From contig OZ193909.1 of assembly GCA_964276515.1 (NCBI GenBank), forward strand, positions 12,214,001-12,278,000: a stretch of 64,000 nt of DNA, in the 5' to 3' direction. Numbering within the stretch: position 1 is the first letter of the stretch; the number at the start of each line of letters is the position of its first letter. Source of the stretch: Gordius albopunctatus. Taxonomy: Eukaryota. This document shows, in pieces, positions 12,061 through 24,016 of the stretch. Under the pieces are notes generated by a model. That model worked only from the letters and a program-made list of their open reading frames with translations, did not search any database and had not been told where the DNA came from. A program made the translations under genes and the position numbers.

Positions 12061-12175
12061 CTATAGAATCACTATTAATAAACATGTGATTGATGTTAAA
12101 TACCCCTTACCCAGAGTTGAATGTGTTTTAGCTAATTTAAAAGGGTCTAAATTCTTTTCAAAGTTAGATCTCAAG
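12061..12175 (+). repeat. Second copy of 115-bp direct repeat (target-site duplication; first copy 6633-6747)
   Basis: Identical by eye, CTATAGAATC...GATCTCAAG. Confidence 0.95.
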
Positions 12176-12188
12176 AATGCTTACCTTC

Positions 12189-13104
12189 CGGGTTAATATT
12201 GGATTACATCAAGGCTCTGCTTTAAGTCTCTTTTTATTTAATATAATTATAGACACGATAACGAGGGACTTTCAAAAGCCATCGCCATGGTGTATGCTAT
12301 ATGCCGATGATATAGTACTATGCGAGGAAACAAGGGAGAAGGTATTCGAAGAAGCATAAAAGTGGTCAAAGTGCTTAGCTGGATATGGTTTAAAGGTCAA
12401 CGATCGAAAAACGGTATACATGGAAATGAACGGTACAAGCACCCCATCGCTGGATGACCACCTAAAATACCCAAAAGTAGACATGTTTAATTATATCGGA
12501 CATGTTTAATTACATCGGCTCTATGCTACATCAAGAGGGAGGTTGCGCAACTGAAATCAATGCCCGGATTCAAAAAGGATGGCTTAAATGGCGAAGTATA
12601 TCCGGTGTAATGTGCGACAAGAAAATGCCAATATGGTTGAAGAGCAAAGCTTACAAATCCATCGTAAGACCGGTGTTACTCTATGGAAGTGAAACATGGG
12701 CATTAAACACCACGGAAGGAAAGTTATTACAAGCCACGGAGATGACAATGATACGGTGGAGCTTGGGGGTATACTAAGCTCGACCATATGACGAATGACT
12801 TTCTCATGACAAAAATGGGTATTCAACCTATGGCGGACATGATTAACAAAAATCGGCTAAGGTGGTATTGGCATATACTAAGAAGGGACCCGGATGACGT
12901 AAATCGAAAAGTGCTAGACATGAAAATACCGGGGAAGAGAGGAAGAGGACGACCCCGTGTCACGTGGAAAAGGCAAGTCGATAAAGTTATGGAAACTAAA
13001 GAGATTCGTCAAGACATGGCACTAACCCGGTCAAGATGGAAGAGACTCATCAAAACAAATTCCACCAATGTGGGGCCAAATAACTGATAAAAAAGAAGAA
13101 GAAG
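12189..13104 (+). mobile_element. 5'-truncated RTE LINE (second family) with (GAA)n tail
   Basis: GLHQGSALS, LYADD, GWLKWR..SGVMCD, RPVLLYGSETW, RLRWYWH, RGRGRP; stops/frameshifts; splits the Gypsy Gln codon of NAYL(Q)LRV. Same family at 62350-62970. Confidence 0.85.
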
Positions 13105-14139
13105 TTAAGGGTATACGATGAGACGTCTAAGATGTTAACTATAAAAACCGATAGAGGTTTGTTTGCTTTTAGACTATTGCCTTTTGGTTTAAGTGTGTCT
13201 GCGCCAATTTTTCAACGAGCAATGGTCTCTATTCTTAATAATTTAGAAGGCATATTTTTTTATTTAGATGACATTTTAATAACAGGGTCTACGCAAGCCG
13301 AGCATAATTTACGATTAACGAAGGTGTTATCTTTAATTAAAAGTAAATATTTACGTGTATCAGCGAATAAATGCATTTTTTGCGTAACTGAAATAACTTA
13401 TTTGTGTCATATAATAGCCGATGGCTGGGTAAGACCTAATTTGATTAAAATTGAAGCTATAAAAATATTCAGAGACCTAATAATAAGAAGGAGTTATCTT
13501 CGTTTTTAGGACTTATTTACACTAAATATTCTGTTCCCCTGTATGAATTATCTAAAGATAATGTTATATTTAAATGGGAAGATAGGGAAGACCAATGTTT
13601 TAATTATTTGAAAAATATTTTATCAAAAGACTCCATCTTAAGATGTTTTGACCCGGGTAAGGAGTACATCTTAAATGTTGATGCATCCGCCACGGGTATA
13701 GGAGGAGCTTTTTGTCAAGTCCAGGATGAAATTGAACATCCGGTGATTTATTTTGCGCGTAAGCTTAATAGTGCGGAACGCAATTATTCGGTAATTGAAA
13801 AAGAAGCGCTTGCTATAACTTTCGGTTTAAAACGATGTGGAGAGTACTTAATAGGCAATACCTTTACAGTTTTTACCGATCACAAGCCTTTAATTAATCT
13901 ATACCAAAAAAATAATACGGAATACTTAATGTCCCCGCGTTTGCAAAGGTGGTTAATAATACTGGGTAATTTTTCTTTAACATTAAAATACCGTAAGGGA
14001 AAAAATAATTGTTTAGCAGACGTTTTGTCGCGTATGAGTGATAATAACCAGAAAGTTGACAACGATATTGGGACCACGCAAACTAATGAGCATTACATTA
14101 ATGTATTAAAGATTGTTGAGTTTAACACTGTTGTTAACG

Positions 14140-14529
14140 TTAGCAGCCATCTACGCATACCTGGTAGCTATTCAGAACGGGGCCCGATATCCGAAGGTGG
14201 TCACAGACTCCACTACAGCCTTCTACGTACTCAGAAAAGGAGGGTCCAACTCCCCGGTAGTAGAAAGGATAATAGCCAGCTTCGTAACAACGCACAGCAT
14301 CTCACATCTCCTAAAGATCCATTCCAACCTAGAATGGATCTAAACCACAATGAATCCAGCCGACGAACCATCAAGGTTGTGGATGCCCAAGGACCGCAAC
14401 ACCGCGGAACCAGGAGACATCTCGTTCGAGCTCCCCAACTTAGACAATATCGAGGAAGAGATAGACTTAGGCTTCTGGGAAAGCGAAAATGTTAGCATAA
14501 ACGAAGGGGAAAACAAATCAAATCCCTAG
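14140..14529 (+). mobile_element. DIRS/Ngaro-type (tyrosine-recombinase retroelement) RNase H C-terminal fragment
   Basis: VVTDSTTAFYVLRKGGSNSP...LEWI*TTMNPADEPSR fits the YR-retroelement RNase H pattern (D.ST..KG.S; W..T..N.AD..SR). One internal stop; frame ends at TAG 14527-14529. Confidence 0.65.
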
Positions 14530-14532
14530 ACA

Positions 14533-15028
14533 CGTGACCGTGTCACTATATAAACGCATTCTACGATCACACCGTCATTCGCTCATTTTTATCGCTCATA
14601 CTTATTGTTCCCACGTTTATACGCATTCTGCCCCCTTTTACTTTTCACTACATTTTTACCCTAAAATTTTCCCTTTGATTATATCATATTTATAAATAGA
14701 TCAATAAACGCCCCTGGTAGAACTGTAGCGAAACTAGAGGATTTGGAGGAAGGGCCTAACCCTTCCCCCAGATTAATTAATTTCGTGACCGTGCCACTAT
14801 ATAAACGCATTCTACGATCACACCGTCATTCGCTCATTTTTCTCGCTCATACTTATTGTTCCCACGTTTATATGCATTCTGCCCCCTTTTACTTTTCACT
14901 ACATTTTTACCCTAAAATTTTCGCTTTGATTATACCCTATTTATGGATAGATCAATAAACGCCCCTGGTAGAACGCTAGCGAAACCAGGGGATCTGGAGG
15001 AAGGGCCTAACCCTTCCCCCAGATTAAT
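14533..15028 (+). repeat. Tandem pair of about 245-bp direct repeats (14533-14777, 14784-15028), terminal-repeat-like
   Basis: Both start CGTGACCGTG and end CCTTCCCCCAGATTAAT; each has CTATATAAA, AATAAA and a GGAAGGG-N5-CCCTTCC hairpin. Confidence 0.9.
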
Positions 15029-15039
15029 AAATTTTTAGT

Positions 15040-16090
15040 AATCGAGGTTTGATTGTTTAAACTACATAAATTATGCACTTTAACCATTGGGGGAAGTGAT
15101 AAGTTAAAAGCTAAGCTCCACGGTAAGCCAAAAAGTGGTACATCTTTACCTTTGCTCACCAGAACCGTTAAAACGTTCGTTCTCTTGACAACTGGAACCA
15201 TCATAGTTGATTTCCCTTATATTTAGAACGGTACAACCGTATACTAATAGTGGTAAGGCCTCTCTAAGTAATAGTCGACCGATTGTTTCCCATAACGATG
15301 CATTAATTACTGACACCTGAGCCCCAGTATCAAAATCCATTAATGTCCAGAAATCGTTGATTTTTACCTTGATCGTTGCATGACATCCTCGACGATTAAT
15401 TTGACATATTGAATCCATAGAAACGGCATCATTATTCTCCCCGTGTATATACACTTGCTGATCTTTGGATTCGTCCTTACAGCATCGGGCCTAATGTCCC
15501 CTCCTATCACATTTTCTGCAATATGCCATGAAGGCGAGGCACTGATTTAGGCTATGATTCTTGTCGCAACGTTGGCATTTAAAAATCTTGTCGGTTTTAA
15601 AAGACCTATCACCTTTCGTCCTCGATATCTTTTGAACCATAAGAATATATTCCTGAGTCTTCTTCTCGGCTCTTTCGATTGTTAGTGCCATGTCAAGCAC
15701 CTTTTCCAGTGTGAGAGGAATTCCATTCCTTTCTTCTTAATTGGGAAAATTTGTATGAATTTCGAGTTCTAAACGTTTAAGATTAACTCCAAAAATCAAC
15801 TGATTCCGAATACGCGCCTCTATATCCATCTTAAAATTACAATTTTGTACTATCGAATTGATTTTGCGATAAAAATCTAATACCGACTCACCAGAGCCTC
15901 TTTTCGAGTGCATAAGTTCCATTCTCGCCGCAAACGCCGAGGTTGTCTTTTTAAAAACTTTAGGCAAAACATAAACGATTTCATCCCTCATGGCGTCCTT
16001 AAAAAGCTTTGGATATAGAAATTGAGACAATTTCCTTAAATTCGCCGTGTCCAAAAATGCTCTCATTAACTATTGTTCTATTTCCGTATA
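15040..16090 (-). mobile_element. Decayed Gypsy gag-protease remnant (different element, opposite strand)
   Basis: Gag-like GESVLDFY...IRNQLIFGV; Cys/His knuckles CQRCDKNHSLNQC and CRKCDRRGH; protease DFDTGAQVS. Confidence 0.75.
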
Positions 16091-16099
16091 CAGTGCAAC

Positions 16100-16274
16100 G
16101 CGTACGAATACTCGAAAACTACTCCACCGATTTGGCTCGAACAAATCTTAAACATGCTCCGGAGTGTCAGGAATAAACTGTAAAATTTTGAGCCAAATCG
16201 GTCTGGTAGTTTTCAAAAATTGGTGGCGGCATATATATACACATACATACATAGTTTCATTTTTATATATAAGA
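16100..16274 (-). mobile_element. 5' end of a non-autonomous Helitron
   Basis: Reverse complement starts TCTTATATATAAAAATGAAACTATGTATG, matching 30625 onward. Confidence 0.7.
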
Positions 16275-16751
16275 TTAAAGACCTCCACGGGCCTCTTTAA
16301 GTGAGTCCAACACTTTAAAAGCCGGGGCCGGCTCGCTAATTTTATACAAACACCGAACCTGGTCCCAGTCGGTATATAAAAAATTTGGTTTGGCCTTTTT
16401 ATGCATTTTAGAAAGTAACATTTTATTCAAATGTTTAAACAATATATATATAATTAATAAATCATTAATAATTTTCGATCTCAAACGACCTTCACTCTAT
16501 TTTAAAAGGTTTTACTAATAGCACATGTAGCGAGATACCTAACCATATAGGTCGAATTAGATAAATTTTCAAACGTTATTCAAAGTTAAAACATTTTTGA
16601 TAAAGGGCTCATTTACTTTGCCTCCATCTTAAATATTGTAGATTCTTGATATGGACTAAAATCTCAGAGAAACTTTATATAGACTACTTGATAAAAAATA
16701 TTAAGGGTATAAATGGAGTTGATTAAGTCTGTGTAAGTCCTGAATTAACAC

Positions 16752-16909
16752 TAGAGACCTGCCTGGGTGATCGAAATCCGACCGAAGCCAGGCCCTACTT
16801 TGGGGTCGAAATTTTTGAAATGTCATCGGCAGAGTTCGGGTTTAAAATTTAGAATGCTTTTGGGTCGAGTGGGGTTCGGGTTTAAAAAAAGTGACTTAGC
16901 AGTTCTCTA
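16752..16909 (+). mobile_element. hAT-type MITE (158 bp)
   Basis: TIRs TAGAGACCTGC / GCAGTTCTCTA; TSD ATTAACAC / ATTAAGAC (7 of 8); related to 20436-21479. Confidence 0.75.
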
Positions 16910-16929
16910 ATTAAGACCTATCAATTTAA

Positions 16930-17765
16930 AGCGTTGATCCCGCAATCGACCAATAATTGTAATAGAGAATTTTTGTAGAATCATAACCTTCTTTATTTTT
17001 TCCCAAAGCTTCCAGTTTTAATGATAAACGAGGTTGAAGGTGCAAAAATTGCCCATCTCAACCTTTTTTGAGGTTTTTTTAACACGGCATTTTCAATTTT
17101 TACTGAAATATTTTATTTTATTCCTGTAGATTATAGTCTCATCTATAGGTACATTATTTTAGTTTTTCGTTTAATATCTATATTTATTTTTATTCGCGTT
17201 TACGTGAATCCTTTCCCCATATCAAAACTCGTCCCACTATGTCTAGAAAACGGATTACATTTTACAAGCTACATATGCGATGTTTACTAACACATCAATC
17301 TCTCCTTTTCTCATTCTCTTCCATTCCGGTATCTAGTCAAACACATATAAAGGGGGCGGGAGTGGAGGACAAAGGGAGGAAAGTAGATCAAGTGAGAGAG
17401 AGATGTGTTAATAAACTTCGCGCACTCAGTATTTACTCTAATGTACTCCGTTTTCCAAACATAGTGGGATGAATTTTAATAAGGTGAAGAGGTTCACGTA
17501 AACACTAATAAGTTTAAATATAGAGGTTAAACATAAAACTAAAATAATGGACCCCTAGACACTTTAATCTACAAGAATGAATCATTATTTTCACTATAAA
17601 TTAAAAATGCCGTGGCGAAATAGTCTCAAAAAAGGCTGAAATGGGCATTTTTTGCACCTTCAACCTCGTTTGTCTAAAAAAATGGAAGTTTTTGAAAAAA
17701 AACTAAAATTTAGATTATTTTTCAGCGCAAAATTATCTATCAGAATCATAGGTCTGATTGAAGGA
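16930..17765. repeat. Imperfect palindrome of about 0.8 kb (foldback-type element) upstream of PPIL1
   Basis: AAACGAGGTTGAAGGTGCAAAAA (about 17026) pairs with TTTTTGCACCTTCAACCTCGTTT (about 17650); TCCCACTATGT pairs with ACATAGTGGGA; centre near 17340. Confidence 0.8.
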
Positions 17766-18161
17766 TGGCTTTTTGGTAGACCTGTGTTATTAAAACAAAA
17801 CTAAAACTGGTATTTTTAGGGGGAAGGGTAGAATAAAAATACACCATAATACCCCTTAAAATTATAAAATATTTAGATTTGCCATGAGAAAATTTTATAT
17901 AAGAAAGCTTATCACCAGCAGATACTCCACCCCTCCCACCCCCCCCCCTCCCCCCATCCCAAAAAAAAATAAACAAAAATTATTTTCTCTTTTTACATAT
18001 ATTCTGTAACAAGCGAACATAAAAATCGTTTGGCCTTTGTGTGCGAGTTTTAATGTCGAAAATGAGATTTCGTTTACAAGTTGCTGTGTTGCCACATTGC
18101 AGAGAGCATGTCGAAATTTTTATAAGTTAAAAAACCGATTCCTTAATTCTAACGTTTCATA

Positions 18162-18866
18162 ATGGCGAATATTCCTGAATCAGACTGGCAACCACCCAAT
18201 ATAACTTTAGAAACAACGTATTATTTAGAGATTTTTTATATATTAATTAAGTCAGTATGGGTAATATTATAATAGAATTATATTGGAAACATGCCCCTAA
18301 CACCTGTCGCAATTTTGCTGAACTAGCTCGACGGGGTCATTATAATGGAGTAATGTTTCATAGAATTATACAAAACTTTATGATCCAAGGAGGTGATCCA
18401 TCAGGAACAGGTTATTTTATATATTTAACAAATTAATTTATATTAGGAAGAGGTGGTAACTCTATATATGGAAAATATTTTGAGGATGAAATAAATGAGG
18501 AACTAAAACACACAGGTTTATAATCAATACTTTAATTTTTTAATTAACTTGTAATTTATGCCTAATAAATTTTAAATTTACATAATTTTCTTTATAGCCT
18601 CTTTGTAATTGTGACATTTGGATATCATTATTCACTGCATTATATTAGGTGCTGGCATCTTATCAATGGCTAATAATGGACCAAATACAAATGGCAGTCA
18701 ATTCTTTATTACACTAGCGCCAACTCAATGGCTCGATGGAAAACACACCATATTTGGAAGGGTGTATAAAGGTATGGGGGTTGTAGAAAAGATGTCAATG
18801 GTTGATACAGATGATAATGATAGGCCAGTTGATGATGTTGAAATACTTAAAGCTTATGTGACATGA
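18162..18866 (+). CDS. PPIL1: Peptidyl-prolyl cis-trans isomerase-like 1 (spliceosomal cyclophilin); exons 18162-18217, 18256-18410, 18447-18515, 18649-18866
   Basis: GT-AG splicing gives [46 protein letters not shown]...[20 protein letters not shown]...[25 protein letters not shown], with PPIL1-diagnostic WQPP and ELYWKHAP. Confidence 0.95.
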
Positions 18867-19372
18867 TATAAATGAATTGTTCTTATAAAAATTTATTGTA
18901 ATTATATCTATGCTACTATAGTGTAAATATGCTACTTTTAATTGATAATAACTGTTTAGAATAATGAATATACATATTTTGATCTGGATAATTTTCCTAC
19001 TCACTAACTGTTTCTAGAGTCAAGTGAGTAAAACAATGATTGATTTTGTCTTTGCTCAGTTAAACATTTTGCTAGCATCAAAAAATTCTTTTTATTTTCC
19101 ATTAGTTCTTTGGTTAAGATGGGAAAAAGTAATTTTTTGCCCATTTATCTTTTTGAGCCTTTTAAACCCCCTTCAAGTCTTTATTCAGAAAATGTTTTAT
19201 CAAATCATGACCTTATAAAGATGTTTAATTTTTGTACTCGTTGACTACATCCCACAGATCTCTTATACCATCCCCGTTATTGTCCACCTTTACATCATTA
19301 TTTCCGTTCTCCATAGTGTTTAATTTTGTATATATATTGATTTACATAGAGTTTGTATAAAGCAATCTGAGC

Positions 19373-20363
19373 TAGAGGTCTGCATGGGCCGAAATTTCAG
19401 GGTCAGGCCCAGCCCATACCCGCACAAATATATTTTTTTACCCATACCCGCCCCGCAAAAAAAAACAACAAAAAATGCGCCGCATCAGGCCCGCACGAGA
19501 AAAAAGCTTCAGCGTTTTCAAAAAAATATATTTGTATAGAAACAATTTTGCATGTATGAAAAAAATTGTTATAGCATATAAAAACGATATTAATAAAAAA
19601 AATTATAATTCAATATTGTCATTTAAAAAATGATAAACTGTCTATTTTCTTCTTTGTTCTATTAGGCGACTTGCCTTACTAAACGTGCGTTCACTTGTAG
19701 CGCTTGTGGCTGGAATTGCCAAAAACTGTACAGCTAACTTTGTCAAATTAGGTAGGATAAGTTCGTGTTCTTTCCACCATGAAATAACATCAAGCTCATC
19801 ATCTTCCGGTTTAAGATTTAATTTAACATAAGTATCAACTTCATTGCTCTCCTCAATCTGCTCTTTCATCGTCCTCCCAATCGGAGATATCCATATCGAC
19901 TTCACCAATAGCTGATTGCCTACATACCTGAGCTGAATTGCTCATAGATGGACCACTGATGCAAGAAGAGCTATTATCTTCTTGCATTAATTTATTTAAA
20001 GTTTGTGTTACCATGGTTTTAACAAGAATTCTTTCATCTCAATTAATTTACTTAATTAGCGAAAAATATAATATTATCTCCAACTACATTAAACCAAATG
20101 CTATGCATGAATAGCTGGAGAGGAATCGACATCAATAATTAACAAAATATTTGCCTGTTTTAATATATTTATATATATAACTAATATATATAATGCAAAA
20201 TGGTCGAAATAAAATTATCGTAGTTTGTGATTTTTAACAAGTGTATTATCATATAGACGTTGATAAAGATATCTCACTTAGGAAATTTTCACTTATCAAA
20301 GCCCAAGCCCGGCCCGCACTTTTTTTAGTGCACATTTTCAGGTCCGGCCCCTGCAGACCTCTA
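19373..20363 (-). mobile_element. Internally deleted hAT transposon with dimerization-domain remnant
   Basis: TIRs TAGAGGTCTGCA / TGCAGACCTCTA; exact TSD ATCTGAGC; ORF 19642-19908 WWKEH...LA..FLAIPATSATSERTFSKA. Confidence 0.92.
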
Positions 20364-20435
20364 ATCTGAGCTAAATAAATAAAGCTAAAACATTTTTTGG
20401 CGATTTTTTTGATAGTGATGATAAATATTGTAGTC

Positions 20436-21479
20436 TAGAGAACTGCACGGGTGACCCGAAACCAGATCCGACCCAAAATCGGGTCGAGTTTGGGTTAAAA
20501 ATTCTGAAATGTCTTCGGGTTTGGGTAGAAAATTTTAAAAGGCTTTCGGGTTCAAAATTTTAATATGCTGTTGGTTTGGATTTAAAGTGTGGGATCAAAG
20601 GTTATGAATCTTATAATGCAAAATACACGGGACATTTGTTTTTAATTAATCCTATTATGTATAATATTTTTTAATTTATATCGAAATGTATAATTGAAGA
20701 TCATTCATTCAGTTAATTAAATTCCTTTTGTTTTTTAAATCTGATTGTTTTGATTTGGACGCAATTTTAAATTTGACTCGTGAAATGTAAAATATATCAA
20801 CAAAATAATATTTTTGAATTGTATCTAACTAATGTAAAGTGGTAGTTCATTATTGATTTGAACTGCATAAATAGATATATATAAAACAAATGAAAGTAAG
20901 TTTAAATTTATCAAATGGTTCATTTGCGAAACAATATATTTTAAATTAAATGTGACCCGATATTGTAGATGCCATCATATTTATACCTCTATAATAAATC
21001 ATTCAAATAAATTTAGTAATCAAAATCTGTGGTATCAATTAGTTTTGTAATAGTTTGTCGATTAACCGCCATGGGGAGGGGGGCAATAATGATTAAAGCA
21101 AGGGCAAAATAACCATTTTCTTTAATTTTAGCCATAATTTGATAAAATTTCTAAGTTTTTTTGGAGTTAGAGGGGGCAGCCGCCCCTCCCTGCTACCCCC
21201 TGGCTACGCCAATCATGCACACCGTGATTTTTCTTACACTCACGTTGGATACCAAAATTTGAAACGCTTTCGGGAAGGATTCCATAAAAAAATTTAAACG
21301 CTTTAAGGCCGGGTCGGGTCCGGGTTGAAAATTTAAAATGCTTTCGCATCGGGTTCGGGTTGAAAATTTTAAAAGGCTTTGCGATCGGGTTAGGGTGAAA
21401 CATTTTTAATGCTCTCGGGTTGAAAATTTTTTTACAATTTCGGGTTCGGGTTGAAAAAAAGTGACTTTGAAGTTCTCTA
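20436..21479 (+). mobile_element. Non-autonomous hAT element containing a nested G-tract MITE
   Basis: TIRs TAGAGAACTGCA / TGAAGTTCTCTA; exact TSD TTGTAGTC (20428-20435, 21480-21487); TCGGGTT subterminal repeats. Confidence 0.9.
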
Positions 21480-21706
21480 TTGTAGTCTAAGCAATTGTAG
21501 CTGGATTTTTCAAACGAACTATGATGGTAAAATATTAAGAATAAAAGGGTGATGAAGATGAGAAGCAAGAGAATATAAAGAAAGAAAAGGAGATAACAAA
21601 AAGAATTAATTTGGGGATTTCAGACTGGTATTTTCAAGCAAAAGTCGGAACTTTATGCATTAAAAGAGTGACCCTTTCATATTGAGGACACTGTAGTAAT
21701 ATATAC

Positions 21707-22695
21707 CAGAAGTCAGATTTGTTTGGAATTTTCTGCCCGAACCCAGCCCGATTCACTTTTTTAACTTCCTTATCGTTAAAGCTGTCCTGACTGCCCGGCC
21801 CGAAATATTAAATTTGCACGTTAGGCCGGAATTTATGCGATCCCAAACTGAGCTCATATTTGTTTTAATTTTTATGCCCGAACCCGGCCCGGTCCAAATT
21901 TTTAACTAAATTGCCAGCCTGAACCCCTCTAAGTGTCCGCTAGGCCATACCCGTACCATTAGAGCTGCTCGGCCCGATTAATAAGTGACAAAATTTTAAT
22001 AGATTAATTGCTAATGCATTTAGGTTAATAAAAAATTATTTCAATTAGTAATATTTATTTTTTTTGATAAAAACTATATTTAATCAAAAAATTACCTTCT
22101 TGTTATATAAATATAATGGAAGAAATTTTTATTTTAAGCAAAAAAGAATCATATGAGAATTCATTATGTATTATAAAAATAAGTAATAGCATAGATAAGG
22201 GAATAAAAAGGGAGAATTGCGAAATGGGGCAAAAAAAGAATGATATAAAATGAATTATTATAGAAATAATAGCGTAGATTAGGGAATAAAAAGGGCGAAT
22301 AGCAAAATGGGGAAGCTTTGTTAAACCAAATTTTATTTGTTAAAAAAATTAAAAGAATTAGAATACATTGTGTGAAAATGGCATGACGCCTTTGTTTTAA
22401 GTCTAGACGGCACATGTGTATTACAATAATTAAAGGGCTCCATAGAAATAAATATTTCAATCCTTTCCATAAACGTAATTAAGGATCTGAAAGAAATGGA
22501 GTCGGGCAAAGATTATAAAAATAACTTGGGAAGGGGTGGCAAAATTATGTTAATTTAACATTGTAAGCATTCTCGATATACAATATATTAAAAAAGTAAC
22601 AAATAATATACTATGTATTTAATTTAATTATTCCCGAATCGCCCGATTCTTATCGGCGTGCCCGCCCGAAAATTTAAAACCAAGACAGTTGCCCG
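21707..22695 (-). mobile_element. Older, diverged and truncated copy of hAT family A
   Basis: Starts CAGAAGTCAGATTTG (reverse of the family A 3' TIR); shares AAGTCTAGACGGCACA and CCCG-rich blocks. Confidence 0.75.
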
Positions 22696-22869
22696 TAGGA
22701 AGGAGGACGTAGCAGGGTATCTAATAGAGAACTTGCACGGGTGACCCGAAACCCGACACGGTATCGGTTTAGAGTGACAATGGTAAATTGTTATGCTAAT
22801 AGTCAGAAACTTTTTAAAGCTATTTTTTCCTATAGCTGTTTGTTACACTTAGTGGTCTGCTCCTTCAAG

Positions 22870-23512
22870 TAGTTTTTCATCTATTCCTGCACTTACACCA
22901 GCTTCGCTTCAACTCGTACCTTCTCAATTCCATATCTATTTTATGTTCCCATTTCAGTTTAGGCCTCCCCCCTCTTTCGCTTTACTTCGACTTGCACCTT
23001 CTTGATACGTTAAACCAGGTGACTTTCCTCCCTTCTCTCCAAATGGCCATACCATCTCAATCTTCTTACGACCAACTTTCTCTGAATCGGAACTACATTT
23101 AGTGTATCACTTATGTCTTGATTCCTTATATGGTCCTTTATGCTTATTCCCAAGATCCATCTTAAAATTCGCATCTACATTGTAGCCAAGCTTTGCTCTT
23201 CTTTTGCCTTAATTGCCCAGGTATCCTCTCCATACAATAACGGTATTATATAACCGTTCTTTAAATTTTATTGGTATGTGTTTGTCACATAGTACCCCAC
23301 TCATCTCCCTGAATTTTAGCCAGCCTGCGTTTATTCTTGCCTTAATTTCGTTTTCCACACCTCCATCACATTGTACCCTAGAACCAAGATATTTAAATTC
23401 TTTCCTGCTGCTTAAACACCAGTAATCGATTTGCAGGTGCGTTTCTTTGTATTCATTACCCGACTCCAAGCATATATATTTAGTTTTATCTCGGTTGACC
23501 CTAAGATTTTTG
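22870..23512 (-). mobile_element. RTE LINE 3' fragment
   Basis: FKYLGS...EIKARINAGWLKFREMSGVLCDKHIP; downstream RLRWYGH-like segment. Confidence 0.8.
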
Positions 23513-24016
23513 CTTATAAAAATAGGGGGAAAACCATCCTCCAAGGCTTTACCCTAAGTTGGTTTTACCCCTTAGAGGTTTAAAGTATTATTTTTAGCTA
23601 TTCAATTTTTGCCCTATAGAGCGTCAAAAAGGGCCAAAAACGGTCATTTTCGCAACTTTGAATGGAAATATTTCAAAAACCTGGCGTATAGAAAAAAAAA
23701 ATAAAAACATATTTGTGTTCACCACAAATAACTCTATCAGAATATGTGGACCGTTTCCCGGTTGATTCCACAGGTCCATTATTGTTGACTAGTGTAATTA
23801 GTAACTCTTTGTTTGTAATTAGTTGCATGTATTTCATAATCACATGCTTAATGTTTTTGCCTAAATTTACAATCACTTTGATTACTAGGAGCAACCATAT
23901 AAAATATAATTAATATTCCTGTGCTAAAAGTTTGAATTTTTTTACAAATTTTTATAGTGCAACTTCCTACAATGACAACATAAATTTTTGTTACGTTCTA
24001 AATTAGCCTTTAAAAA

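Larger units (their letters stand above)
4900..14139 (+). mobile_element. Decayed Ty3/Gypsy LTR retrotransposon (gag-PR-RT-RNase H) interrupted by two LINE insertions
   Basis: PBS-like TGGTAGCA at 5043; Zn knuckle CFYCNKAGHVRYNC; protease FVVDSGTS (5756-6115); RT EWATPLV...IRVCADYR...YPLP...FSKLDLK to 6747, NAYL at 12176-12187, resuming about 13103 with YLDD; RNase H LNVDAS/EKEALAI/FTDHKPL. Stops and frameshifts present; left boundary approximate. Confidence 0.85.

Noticed and set aside
13608..14495. 295-aa ORF as a novel fusion protein
   Set aside because: Gypsy RNase H running out of frame into the DIRS-like fragment; TTG start; the C-terminal half is a shadow frame.
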